The notes under the pieces are model-generated. The model saw only the letters and a program-made list of their open reading frames with translations. It was not told the DNA's origin and searched no databases. A DNA stretch of 33,771 nucleotides from a virus. Its lineage: Duplodnaviria > Caudoviricetes. Where the stretch lies: positions 1-33,771 of IMG/VR virus record IMGVR_UViG_3300005837_000416; one strand, written 5' to 3'. The position numbers were made by a program, and so were the translations under genes. Positions within the stretch are counted from its first letter, which is position 1. The number at the start of each line of letters is the position of its first letter. Below are positions 1 through 8,226 of this stretch, in pieces.

Positions 1-203
1 AGACCACCGTTAGAGTTTACTTGCGGACCAGAAACCCTGAGGATTTGATCGTAGTCTCGCAGACCTAAACGATAGGTTGCAGCACCACCAGACCAGTTGG
101 CGGCAGTCACCATCACACTTGCTGTGCTGTCAATGTCCGCCGAATAAACTACTGTATTTGTAGTGGCAGACAGATATTTACTTGCTAGTCTTCCTGCTGT
201 CAT
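1..203 (-). CDS. Virion structural protein, N-terminal part (runs off the window)
   Basis: ATG at 203, 6 nt after the upstream stop; open frame MTAGRLASKYLSATTNTVVYSADIDSTASVMVTAAN... to the window edge; structural gene context. Confidence 0.7.
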   Translation of the reverse strand, partial: MTAGRLASKYLSATTNTVVYSADIDSTASVMVTAANWSGGAATYRLGLRDYDQILRVSGPQVNSNGG

Positions 204-209
204 TTGTGA

Positions 210-1544
210 TTACCAACCAGATTGGAAATAGGATTGAAGTCTAAGTTGTCCGCCCATTACAGGTGCGGAGATAGGACCACCGAAACTAATAGCGATGTCA
301 CTAATGTTGTTGGTGGAAAGCAGAGTCGCATCTGCGTTGGGGAACTGAATGTTTACACTTTCAGTGATGTTACTCATGTCGAATGCAATACGACCGTTGA
401 GTTCATCAGGGTTATCAAAACTTACGTTCTGAAGAATTTTATTGTTAACGATCTGCGTCGCCTGCTCGGCAACGATGACGTTACTGCTGCCTCCATTATT
501 TAGCGGAAACGCCAGACTGCCCTCTGGGAACGTGAAGTCCAGAGTGCTGTTTTCATTGATATTTGTGAGGTTGAAAGCAACCTTCTTAGTGTCATCTGCT
601 GTGTCCTGAAAAACTGCACCTGCATAGGTTTTGTTAGTCAGTGTTTGTGTTGATGCTTCACCAACAACAATGACGTTCAAATCAGGGAATGAAGCAGTTC
701 TGTCTTGTGTTAGAGCAGATGTGCTAAAAATAACCTTCCTTGTAGGTGTGTTAGGGTCAGAAGATGGTGTGCCCGAGAATGTCGGGTTAACCATGTTCTT
801 ATTGAACACGTTCTGTGCTGTAATATCATCCAACAGTGTGGATTGTACAACAGCAGCACCAAAGTCAGGAAGTTTATATGTGTGCGTACCAGGAGATTCC
901 CATGAGTCACACTCAAACTTAGCAAGTTTACTTACATCAGATGAACCAGTAATCTGGAGTTGATCGTCTTTGATAACAATCGTCTTGTTACTGATTGTCT
1001 GTACTGTGTCATCTGCAACCAGAGTTGTAGATGTGAGTGTACCCACATCAGGCATGTCAATACGACGTGTACCTGTCTGTGCGGACACAGTATCAGCGTT
1101 AAAGTAAAATCGCTTACCAGGGTTTTGTGCACCTTGGATGATTGTATTCTGGTCAGTAAACTGTGATACACCGTTAACTGTAAAATAACCAGAACCCTGA
1201 GGTGTTACCTGATAGTTAGAGTTTGACGCTTGGGAGTCAATGACACGAGCATTGACTGTACTTGAACCATCTGTATTTGCAATACGAGCATGGTAAACCG
1301 CTGCAGATCCAAAAGTAATACCCAACTCATTAACGGCGGATTGATAGATACCGCTGTCACGGTCCAAATCAAACGCCAGACCAGGAGAGGTCTGGGATCC
1401 CGCAGAAACACCACGGAAAAGTTGGTTTACCTTTGCTTTCCTGTTAGGGATCAGAGGGTCGGAGATAACGATAGGCAACACTGCCTCGCCAGTCACCAAC
1501 CCATCCGCAATAGTATCAAGTTGAGATATTCTTTTGGTTGCCAC
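210..1544 (-). CDS. Virion structural / fibre-like protein with internal repeats
   Basis: 444 aa; about six ~50-aa repeats of the type K..F...(FP/MP/LP)D...QT(I/L)xNK; TATAAATA late promoter just upstream. Confidence 0.7.
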   Translation of the reverse strand: MATKRISQLDTIADGLVTGEAVLPIVISDPLIPNRKAKVNQLFRGVSAGSQTSPGLAFDLDRDSGIYQSAVNELGITFGSAAVYHARIANTDGSSTVNARVIDSQASNSNYQVTPQGSGYFTVNGVSQFTDQNTIIQGAQNPGKRFYFNADTVSAQTGTRRIDMPDVGTLTSTTLVADDTVQTISNKTIVIKDDQLQITGSSDVSKLAKFECDSWESPGTHTYKLPDFGAAVVQSTLLDDITAQNVFNKNMVNPTFSGTPSSDPNTPTRKVIFSTSALTQDRTASFPDLNVIVVGEASTQTLTNKTYAGAVFQDTADDTKKVAFNLTNINENSTLDFTFPEGSLAFPLNNGGSSNVIVAEQATQIVNNKILQNVSFDNPDELNGRIAFDMSNITESVNIQFPNADATLLSTNNISDIAISFGGPISAPVMGGQLRLQSYFQSGW

Positions 1545-1571
1545 TACGAATAAGCACTAAGTCTTCTTGTA

Positions 1572-1579
1572 TATTTATA
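1572..1579 (-). promoter_or_regulatory. T4-type late promoter TATAAATA
   Basis: Exact consensus, intergenic, 28 nt upstream of the 444-aa gene. Confidence 0.8.
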
Positions 1580-1585
1580 CAAGAG

Positions 1586-2131
1586 TCACCCCTGCTGTTT
1601 TGCGAGGTTTGCTTTACGCTGCCACTGGTTAGTAGTGTAGTCTTTTTCAGTGAGATTGTCACTGCCATTGTTCAACTTGTTGTCATCAAGATGGTCAACA
1701 ACAGGTGTCTCAGGCCAGCGACCATTAGCGAGAGCGAAAGCAACAGTATGATACTGAATACCACGTTGTACACGCTCACCCTGCTGGTTGACACCAGTCA
1801 CAGTGCAGATGCGATAGGTGAGAGCACCATTCCATGCACCACGGATGAGTTTGTCAGGTTTGCCGTCAACACCACGCTTGTAGATGTTACCACGGCAGGT
1901 AGCAGGAGCACCCCACTTCTTCACATAGTTAGGGGTGTCGATCTCTTGGATGTCATCCTTGAGGTAATACTCTTTAAGGAGACCATCAACTGATAGTTCA
2001 CGATACTTGTTGACCTTACGGAATACACCGCAGTCTTCAAGGATTGCACGAACGTCATGTCCATTAGACTTTAGTTCGGCAGCAGCAGTCACCAACTGGT
2101 GACGGACAGCATCATAGTTAAATTCAGTCAT
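1586..2131 (-). CDS. HNH endonuclease (free-standing homing-endonuclease-like)
   Basis: Motif YHTVAFALANGRWPETPVVDHLDDNKLNNGSDNL matches the phage HNH (H..a...VDHxDxNKxNNxxxNL) signature. Confidence 0.85.
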   Translation of the reverse strand: MTEFNYDAVRHQLVTAAAELKSNGHDVRAILEDCGVFRKVNKYRELSVDGLLKEYYLKDDIQEIDTPNYVKKWGAPATCRGNIYKRGVDGKPDKLIRGAWNGALTYRICTVTGVNQQGERVQRGIQYHTVAFALANGRWPETPVVDHLDDNKLNNGSDNLTEKDYTTNQWQRKANLAKQQG

Positions 2132-2312
2132 TTTTTGTGTGTTGATTGATCACGTTGTCATACCACAACGTGTTGTACTGTGCTTCAAAGTCCTGCGCCT
2201 GGATCTCTTCGGTGGTATAACCGTCATGATCTGGATTTTGAAGACGGGAAACCTTTGCACGACAATCGAGGAGCAAGTGTTCTAAGCGTAGAAGTCGTTG
2301 TTCGAGTGTCAT
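2124..2312 (-). CDS. Hypothetical protein
   Basis: 62 aa; GGAGGA RBS before ATG; overlaps the HNH start; sigma70 promoter directly upstream. Confidence 0.7.
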   Translation of the reverse strand: MTLEQRLLRLEHLLLDCRAKVSRLQNPDHDGYTTEEIQAQDFEAQYNTLWYDNVINQHTKND

Positions 2313-2332
2313 GTGGTTCCTCCGATGTACTA

Positions 2333-2361
2333 ATAATAGAACAGTGGGGGGAGTTTGTCAA
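2333..2361 (-). promoter_or_regulatory. Sigma70-type (early) promoter
   Basis: TTGACA-17 nt-TATTAT on the minus strand. Confidence 0.8.
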
Positions 2362-2407
2362 GTCGTCTCGATAAATTCCCCAGGTCTGTAGCCTTCCTTC
2401 ACACGGA

Positions 2408-2481
2408 AGCCAAATGTCGGACTTGAACCGACGACCTACGGTTTACAAAACCGTTGCTCTATCCAACTGAGCTAATTTGGC
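2408..2481 (-). tRNA. tRNA-Thr(UGU), CCA not encoded
   Basis: GCCAAAT/ATTTGGC acceptor stem, D arm AGCTCAGTTGGATAGAGC, anticodon arm ACGGT-TTTGTAA-ACCGT, T arm GTCGG-TTCAAGT-CCGAC. Confidence 0.97.
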
Positions 2482-2483
2482 GG

Positions 2484-2765
2484 TTAATATGGTATGTCTT
2501 GAAAATTCTCAATCAATTCCTCCATCTCAAACAAGAGAGGGTGGCACTCTTCAAGAATCAAATAATTGCTGAAGTGATATAGATCTTCGATGTGATACTT
2601 ACAGTTTGGTAATGGTTCTTCTGGTAAATCTTCTGTAGTCCAGAATTCGGGTACTTCGTCAAATGTAAACGGAACTCCATTGATAAACCAGAAGTTGACT
2701 TGCTTTTCGTCCCCCTCAAGATTGATCAGGAGTCCATACCCGCTGTGAATCTTGTACTTAACCAT
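2484..2765 (-). CDS. Hypothetical cyanophage protein
   Basis: 93 aa, tightly packed; CCTAAATA late-promoter-like site at 2787-2794. Confidence 0.7.
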   Translation of the reverse strand: MVKYKIHSGYGLLINLEGDEKQVNFWFINGVPFTFDEVPEFWTTEDLPEEPLPNCKYHIEDLYHFSNYLILEECHPLLFEMEELIENFQDIPY

Positions 2766-2789
2766 CGAAAATTTTCCTACCGAAATTAT

Positions 2790-3005
2790 TTAGGTGTGGA
2801 TCTTAGCATTTTCTTCATGCATCACATGTTCAATAGTGGCATGAACATCTGCTAATGCTTTTTCGACAGTTGGTGCTGTCCCAGCATGCATGTCAGTCTC
2901 GTATGTAATAAGAGTCCAGTGATACTCATTCATAATAGGACTGAACCACAACTTGATGTCAAGATTCAAGTTCTTTCTGCATTTCGCTGAGTTGTTCGTT
3001 GACAT
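2790..3005 (-). CDS. Hypothetical protein, possible HicB-like fold
   Basis: ATG at 3005 (start uncertain); beta-beta-beta-helix pattern IKLWF..EYHWTL..MHAGTAPTVEKALADVHATIE. Confidence 0.55.
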   Translation of the reverse strand: MSTNNSAKCRKNLNLDIKLWFSPIMNEYHWTLITYETDMHAGTAPTVEKALADVHATIEHVMHEENAKIHT

Positions 3006-3249
3006 AATCACGGGTTCCAATAGGATCGACAAATTCGGCGGGATCTACAGGTAGATTACCTACGCCTGGGACAGGTGGAAAGTTCTGCTGCATTTGCAGT
3101 TTTTCTCTCTCAGGTACGGGTACCATGAGAACGTTACCACCTTTTCGTACAATTTTGATAGTATTTCCCCTTTCTACAAGTGCAAAGAGAAATTCAAAAT
3201 TCTCTTGTGCTTCTTGTTCTGTTACTTCAATAACGCTTCCATTCATCAT
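2959..3249 (-). CDS. Hypothetical protein with Phd/YefM-like N-terminus
   Basis: VIEVTEQEAQENFEFLFALVERGNTIKIVRKGGNVLMVP resembles the Phd/YefM DNA-binding domain pattern. Confidence 0.6.
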   Translation of the reverse strand: MMNGSVIEVTEQEAQENFEFLFALVERGNTIKIVRKGGNVLMVPVPEREKLQMQQNFPPVPGVGNLPVDPAEFVDPIGTRDYVNEQLSEMQKELES

Positions 3250-3473
3250 GAGTATACAATAGCGAACTGTTCTTCAGGTACGTTGTCTTTGATAGAGGTC
3301 AAGGTCTCGAAGAATCCTTGTGCACCTTCCTCGTCAAACTTCCAAGTAATCTTTTCTTCGTAACCTTCATTATCTAGGATGGTTACCTCACGCTTGGAAA
3401 TGTTCAACCAGACGTGCTCGACATAAGTCTCGTTGCTCATGGATGCTGGGGTTGTTTGGTACCCCAACATCAT
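3246..3473 (-). CDS. Hypothetical protein
   Basis: 75 aa, packed between gp5 and the next ORF (ATGA overlap). Confidence 0.65.
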   Translation of the reverse strand: MMLGYQTTPASMSNETYVEHVWLNISKREVTILDNEGYEEKITWKFDEEGAQGFFETLTSIKDNVPEEQFAIVYS

Positions 3474-3476
3474 ACA

Positions 3477-6209
3477 TCAATTCAGGAGCAATGGCAAGCC
3501 ATAGACTTGGTGGGGTCCAACAGCACAACCAGTTGCCATGAAACCAGTGCCGACGCCGTATGATGCCACACCTGTGGAGACTTGGTTGATGATGGCACCA
3601 GATCCAGAAGCGACGATCTCACCGATACCACCAGTAGGAGACGCCACAAATGTGAAGTGGACACCTGATGTGGAACCTGTGATGATGTCAGCAATGGTTG
3701 TGGGTGACTGTGTTGCTAGTGACATACGAACCTGTGCAGCAGGCATACCGACACCTGGTGTGTCAGTTGTCACATCCATGATGGCACCCTTAACAATACT
3801 GAACTGACCTGACAGTGCAGACAGTGGATTGAATAGTGCGATAAACTCAAAACGACCACAAGACAAGAATGATGTAATCCAGTTTGCCTCATAGATGATC
3901 TCACCACCAGCGGTGAAGTTCATGTTTGATGCTTCTGCCTTGATCTGGTTAGCATTCAGTTTCAAGTTAGAGATAGCAGTGATACTAACTTGGTTACCCT
4001 GAATATTAACGTCACCACTATATGCGATGTCGTGGTCACCATTCTGACGATTAGCAGACTTTTGCTCGTTATCATCATCAGTCTTTGTTGCCAGATTGGT
4101 GTATCTCATCTTAGGAGTACACACGCCAACACCATTAGGAGTTGCGATTGGTTTCAGATTAGAATAAAATTCTTCATCTTCTCTAGCAATACGTTCTTCC
4201 AGTGATTCGATTCTACCTTTCATGCTGACCAAATCGGTAGCACTAAGAATCATGCTTTGAGTATTACTAGATGATGTATCTGTACTACCGCCAGCAGTAG
4301 ATGATCCAGAATCAGATGTACCAGCACCAACATCTTTAGCAGTAGAACCCTCTGAAGATGACTGAGGACCATTTGCTTGGTTGCTATTGATTGCACCTGA
4401 CACTTCAATATGCCAGTTACCAGCAACCTTCAGGTAGTAATCACCATCAACGTTGACACACAAGTTCTGTTTAATTGTTTCACACTTGTCACGAGCAATG
4501 ATCTTTGTCTCATTATTTGGGACGTTAGTGTGCTTGTTACCTTGGTTATCCTCAAAGGAAGATACACCACCAGGACCCTGCTGAGCAAAGAACTCCTTAC
4601 CCTTTGTAGCATTATGAAGGACACGAGATCCGTCAAGGAAGGATTGAACCTCCATGACCCTGTTGTTAATATTTTGGAAGAGTCCGTCAATATAACCAGC
4701 ATTATCTTTTGGTGATTCCTTCCACTCTTTAACACCAGTAGGAAGTGCAGCACCAGAGATAAATGTAGATACATCATCACACTCCGTGGATCCCAGCAGA
4801 GGATACCACGCCTTCGACTTCGGTTTCTTAATCTTCCTCCCGCAATCCTTCTGGAATAACATTCCCAGAATTGCTTTAATAATTGCAATGATAGAACCGA
4901 AGTCCATCTTAGAGAAGTCAATAGTAAACAATGACTTCAAATTATTAACTAAGTTACCAATATTTTCGATTGCATTCTTTGCTGTAGTGATAGCAGATAC
5001 AACTGTTTTTGCTACGTCACGCGCCTTAGAGATTGCATCTGTAATGCTACCAAGAATTTTATCAGTAACACCTTGCACCTTAGATGCAATCTTAGATGTG
5101 ATACTACTAACCTTGTTAACAACCATGCCGACAATTTGGTCAGCAAATGCCGTGGAGTCCGTTAATGCACTCTGTACTAAACTCAACCACTGTGGGTGTG
5201 GTATACAGAATAGATCTAGGATAAGTGATAGCAGATCTAAAAGACCAAGAATAACACTCAGCGGCACGAACTTAGAAATAAATTTAGTGATCGCAGAGAT
5301 CATTGCTTGAATTGCTTCTGCCAAGAATTCCTTGAGAGGTGCAAGGATACCAGCAATAGCACTAGAAATATAGTTAGCAATCTTACCTAGGTGTTCTAAG
5401 ATCTTGTCACCATTCACTTTGTGACCTGTGATCATAGAGATGAATTGACCATCACTAGATGTAGCAAGACCTGCTGCCATGTTGCCCATCTCAGTGAGCA
5501 TACGTGTCAGACCGTTTGCAAAACCATCACCTGCTGGACCTTGTGCACCGTCAGCAATCTCTTGTTTTTCTACAGGTGGTTTGATTGGGTTTGATACTGC
5601 GTTACCTGGGGTGATTGCCTCAGCGACAGACACACCAGCACCCCGTGCTTCCTCTTGTTGACCTTGAGGATCGGCAACAGCATCGGTGCCCTTAGCAAAG
5701 GATGCACCACCATGGTTCTTCTCCCCGACCATTGTCTTCTGCTGGGGAGTATCAGTCTCGTGCTTAGCAGCGTTATCAATGGCAGCAATAGTTGTTGCCT
5801 TTGTAGTTTCCTGTGCTCCCTTTCCTTTACCAGTTGCGGAAGACTGTTCATCTGCCTGACGGAAACCACGGAAGGATCCCATAACAACAGGTAACTGTGC
5901 TTCTTCACCATCAAGGAAGAAACCCATAACAAATGCACCAGGTTGCAACTCAGTTGTTGTACCAGCGTTCTTTGTCTGCGGTTTATCTGTTGGCAGCAAT
6001 ACAGTTGCCCACGGAAGGTTTTCAGTGGGAAGTGTTTTAGTATATGAGTCCGCGCCTTCATTGCTCTTATTACCAGTATACCAACCGATAATACGAACTT
6101 TAACTCTACCTAACTGGGAAGGGTCGTCGATGTTCTCAACTTCACCAATCCACCACACGAATCCGTCACGACCCGCGAAATCAGTTTTATAACCTTGGAG
6201 ACCTTCCAT
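3477..6209 (-). CDS. gp5: Baseplate hub / central spike protein, gp5-like (no recognisable lysozyme domain)
   Basis: N-terminal gp5 OB-fold motifs FVWWIGEVENIDDPSQLGRVKVRIIG, LPWA, FVMGFFLDGEEAQLPVVMGS; beta-helix-like VDGDYYLKVAGNWHIEVSG; ACTAAATA at 6229-6236. Confidence 0.9.
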   Translation of the reverse strand: MEGLQGYKTDFAGRDGFVWWIGEVENIDDPSQLGRVKVRIIGWYTGNKSNEGADSYTKTLPTENLPWATVLLPTDKPQTKNAGTTTELQPGAFVMGFFLDGEEAQLPVVMGSFRGFRQADEQSSATGKGKGAQETTKATTIAAIDNAAKHETDTPQQKTMVGEKNHGGASFAKGTDAVADPQGQQEEARGAGVSVAEAITPGNAVSNPIKPPVEKQEIADGAQGPAGDGFANGLTRMLTEMGNMAAGLATSSDGQFISMITGHKVNGDKILEHLGKIANYISSAIAGILAPLKEFLAEAIQAMISAITKFISKFVPLSVILGLLDLLSLILDLFCIPHPQWLSLVQSALTDSTAFADQIVGMVVNKVSSITSKIASKVQGVTDKILGSITDAISKARDVAKTVVSAITTAKNAIENIGNLVNNLKSLFTIDFSKMDFGSIIAIIKAILGMLFQKDCGRKIKKPKSKAWYPLLGSTECDDVSTFISGAALPTGVKEWKESPKDNAGYIDGLFQNINNRVMEVQSFLDGSRVLHNATKGKEFFAQQGPGGVSSFEDNQGNKHTNVPNNETKIIARDKCETIKQNLCVNVDGDYYLKVAGNWHIEVSGAINSNQANGPQSSSEGSTAKDVGAGTSDSGSSTAGGSTDTSSSNTQSMILSATDLVSMKGRIESLEERIAREDEEFYSNLKPIATPNGVGVCTPKMRYTNLATKTDDDNEQKSANRQNGDHDIAYSGDVNIQGNQVSITAISNLKLNANQIKAEASNMNFTAGGEIIYEANWITSFLSCGRFEFIALFNPLSALSGQFSIVKGAIMDVTTDTPGVGMPAAQVRMSLATQSPTTIADIITGSTSGVHFTFVASPTGGIGEIVASGSGAIINQVSTGVASYGVGTGFMATGCAVGPHQVYGLPLLLN

Positions 6210-6231
6210 CGAATGAAATGTTTTTTAGTAT

Positions 6232-6696
6232 TTAGTCTGGTATGCGAATGAATTCAAACTCACCCGATTCATTTAGTGGTTTACCCCATCGGAACTCACC
6301 TGTCACTTTATCTAGTGCAGTATCCCGTGAAAGATATACCTGTCCATTAAAACGTACTTGAGACAATATCTGATTATTACCAATAATACAATCGCCGTCG
6401 GGTTCACCCCACCAGTAACCAAGATTATATCCCCATACCCAAGGACATGCTTGTTCACCAGTTTTTTGATTTACGGATGTAGTGTGTACATTACCGTCAT
6501 CATCATAACGAAATGTGAGATGGAATTGTCCGTAGACTTCCGCCTCACTTTGATACTTATACCAAGACTTCAATTCTATCACATTATCAGAGATAAGTGT
6601 GTTCCTCAATAATATATGAGGCCATAGAGCAGGATTACTCTGCGCTTGTCTCTTGTTGCAATAGTGTCCTTGTATCAGTTGTTCCCACGTAGTCAT
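6232..6696 (-). CDS. cpeT: CpeT/CpcT-like phycobiliprotein lyase (phage type)
   Basis: GHYCNKRQAQSNPALWPHI, SWYKYQ, C-terminal SRDTALD..TGEFRWG..GEFEFIR typical of T-type lyases; ATG at 6696 preferred over TTG 6711. Confidence 0.8.
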   Translation of the reverse strand: MTTWEQLIQGHYCNKRQAQSNPALWPHILLRNTLISDNVIELKSWYKYQSEAEVYGQFHLTFRYDDDGNVHTTSVNQKTGEQACPWVWGYNLGYWWGEPDGDCIIGNNQILSQVRFNGQVYLSRDTALDKVTGEFRWGKPLNESGEFEFIRIPD

Positions 6697-7267
6697 ACCA
6701 TCCAGTAACAATCATTTTAGTTTCATTTGGTGCCACTATGCCTTGATGGAGATGCGTCCAATCTGCTGGCCATAGAAGAGTCAATCCCTTTACAGGTTTG
6801 ATCTTTGCTTGTTGTGTTGGGAAATATGTGTGTCCACCTTCCTCAACATCATTCAAATAAGTCATCCACGCCATGACACGATTAGTCGCCTCAGGTGCAG
6901 CAGACATCTTCTCTGTATGTAGGGCGAAATAACCTCCGCCTGGTTCATACCTCTGTATGTTAAATGGTGCCACCAAATCCCATGCCATCTTACCGAACCC
7001 AGGATAACGTTCGATATATGCCATGGTTACATGTGCCAGTTGTTCAATATATGCTTCTACTCTAGAGTCCCGTAAGTGAACGGGAACTGTCATGTCGGTC
7101 GAATCTTTTACAGACTTATCAACACCACCACCAGATTGACCTGGTTCTTTATCTAGATATTCGCATGTATTAAAGAACTCAATCATTCCATCGCACACGG
7201 ATGGATCGATCTTTGCACCTGCAATAAAAGACTTGGGTGCATCAATCTCTAATAGCTCTAAAGACAT
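6635..7267 (-). CDS. 2OG-Fe(II) oxygenase (prolyl-4-hydroxylase-like)
   Basis: FNIQRYEPGGGYFALHTE, RVMAWMTYLNDVEEGGHTYF, LLWPADWTHLHQG, KMIVTGW. Confidence 0.92.
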   Translation of the reverse strand: MSLELLEIDAPKSFIAGAKIDPSVCDGMIEFFNTCEYLDKEPGQSGGGVDKSVKDSTDMTVPVHLRDSRVEAYIEQLAHVTMAYIERYPGFGKMAWDLVAPFNIQRYEPGGGYFALHTEKMSAAPEATNRVMAWMTYLNDVEEGGHTYFPTQQAKIKPVKGLTLLWPADWTHLHQGIVAPNETKMIVTGWYDYVGTTDTRTLLQQETSAE

Positions 7268-7279
7268 CTCGTCGAACCC

Positions 7280-7969
7280 TTACAGTGTTAGATTGTATTG
7301 GTTTTCAGAGTCGTTGTCAAGCCCTTTCTGTTCGGATTCAGTGCTCCAAAAATAGTCGTCTGTGTTGCCAAGTCGTCCCCAATTTGCACCATTTTCCACC
7401 TCATATTCAATCGTGCTCACCTTAAAATCAGGTACCTTTGGTGTCTCTGGTGTAATTGACAGATCATATAGTCTCATTCTATTGTTGGGATACAAGCAAA
7501 ACTGCCCGTTCTCTAGTTCAATACAGTTGTGTGACTTATGTTCTGCTGGGGTCTCGCTGACGTTGTTATCAACTACGTCGATATTTGCGTGGTAGTTATC
7601 TAATGTGAATAGGTAATGACCACGCATTGTTCCATGATTCCGAGTTCTTACCTCAGCATCCATTGACGTGATAAAACCTTTGTTCATCGCCGTTACACCA
7701 TAATCCATACAGTTCCAGAACTGTAGGTTGTAGATGTTCATGTCAACTTCAGGGATCTCAGGTCTCGATAGAAACGCACTGATGGGTAACTTGTCATACA
7801 GTGCCCCATACTCAGGTAGATATGTCTCAAAGTAAAATGCCCTCCCTGGGATTGACTTTGCAGTCACCCAGACGCCTTCTACAAATTCACCATAACCATC
7901 CTGTAGATCTCTAAGGTATTCTTTCCGTACCCAGACTTTTTGAGAGGGCAAATTACAAATAAGATTCAT
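7280..7969 (-). CDS. Conserved hypothetical cyanophage protein
   Basis: 229 aa, operon-packed; sequence style (VWVRKEYLRD, EHKSHN, YPNNR) recalled from marine phage hypotheticals. Confidence 0.75.
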   Translation of the reverse strand: MNLICNLPSQKVWVRKEYLRDLQDGYGEFVEGVWVTAKSIPGRAFYFETYLPEYGALYDKLPISAFLSRPEIPEVDMNIYNLQFWNCMDYGVTAMNKGFITSMDAEVRTRNHGTMRGHYLFTLDNYHANIDVVDNNVSETPAEHKSHNCIELENGQFCLYPNNRMRLYDLSITPETPKVPDFKVSTIEYEVENGANWGRLGNTDDYFWSTESEQKGLDNDSENQYNLTL

Positions 7970-7970
7970 A

Positions 7971-8198
7971 TCAATCTTCGTATACTAAACACTCGGGTTC
8001 TGACGGGTTCTGATCGCAATAGAGTTCAAGGAAGGTAGGATCGTGATGGTCACCTGCTTCGATCTCTTTCTTATGGTTCTCAGCATACTCCTCCAATTCG
8101 CGAAGTTCTCCTTCGACGTGACGACGCATTTGGGGGTTAGTTGTTGGGTCTTGAAGGATTTCTTTATCCTTCTGGATGTGTTGTTCGATATTTTCCAT
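7971..8198 (-). CDS. cp12: CP12 Calvin-cycle inhibitor (phage type)
   Basis: C-terminal LELYCDQNPSEPECLVYED signature; ATG at 8198; AATAAATA late-promoter-like site at 8224-8231. Confidence 0.93.
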   Translation of the reverse strand: MENIEQHIQKDKEILQDPTTNPQMRRHVEGELRELEEYAENHKKEIEAGDHHDPTFLELYCDQNPSEPECLVYED

Positions 8199-8226
8199 GT
8201 GAAACGTACGCAATGTACAAAACTAT

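Noticed and set aside
1586-2131. HNH gene inside a group I intron
   Set aside because: Flanking genes look intact, the cassette has its own promoter, and no intron core is apparent
7971-8198. CP12, psbD, phoH and cpeT as a novel system
   Set aside because: Well-established cyanophage auxiliary metabolic genes
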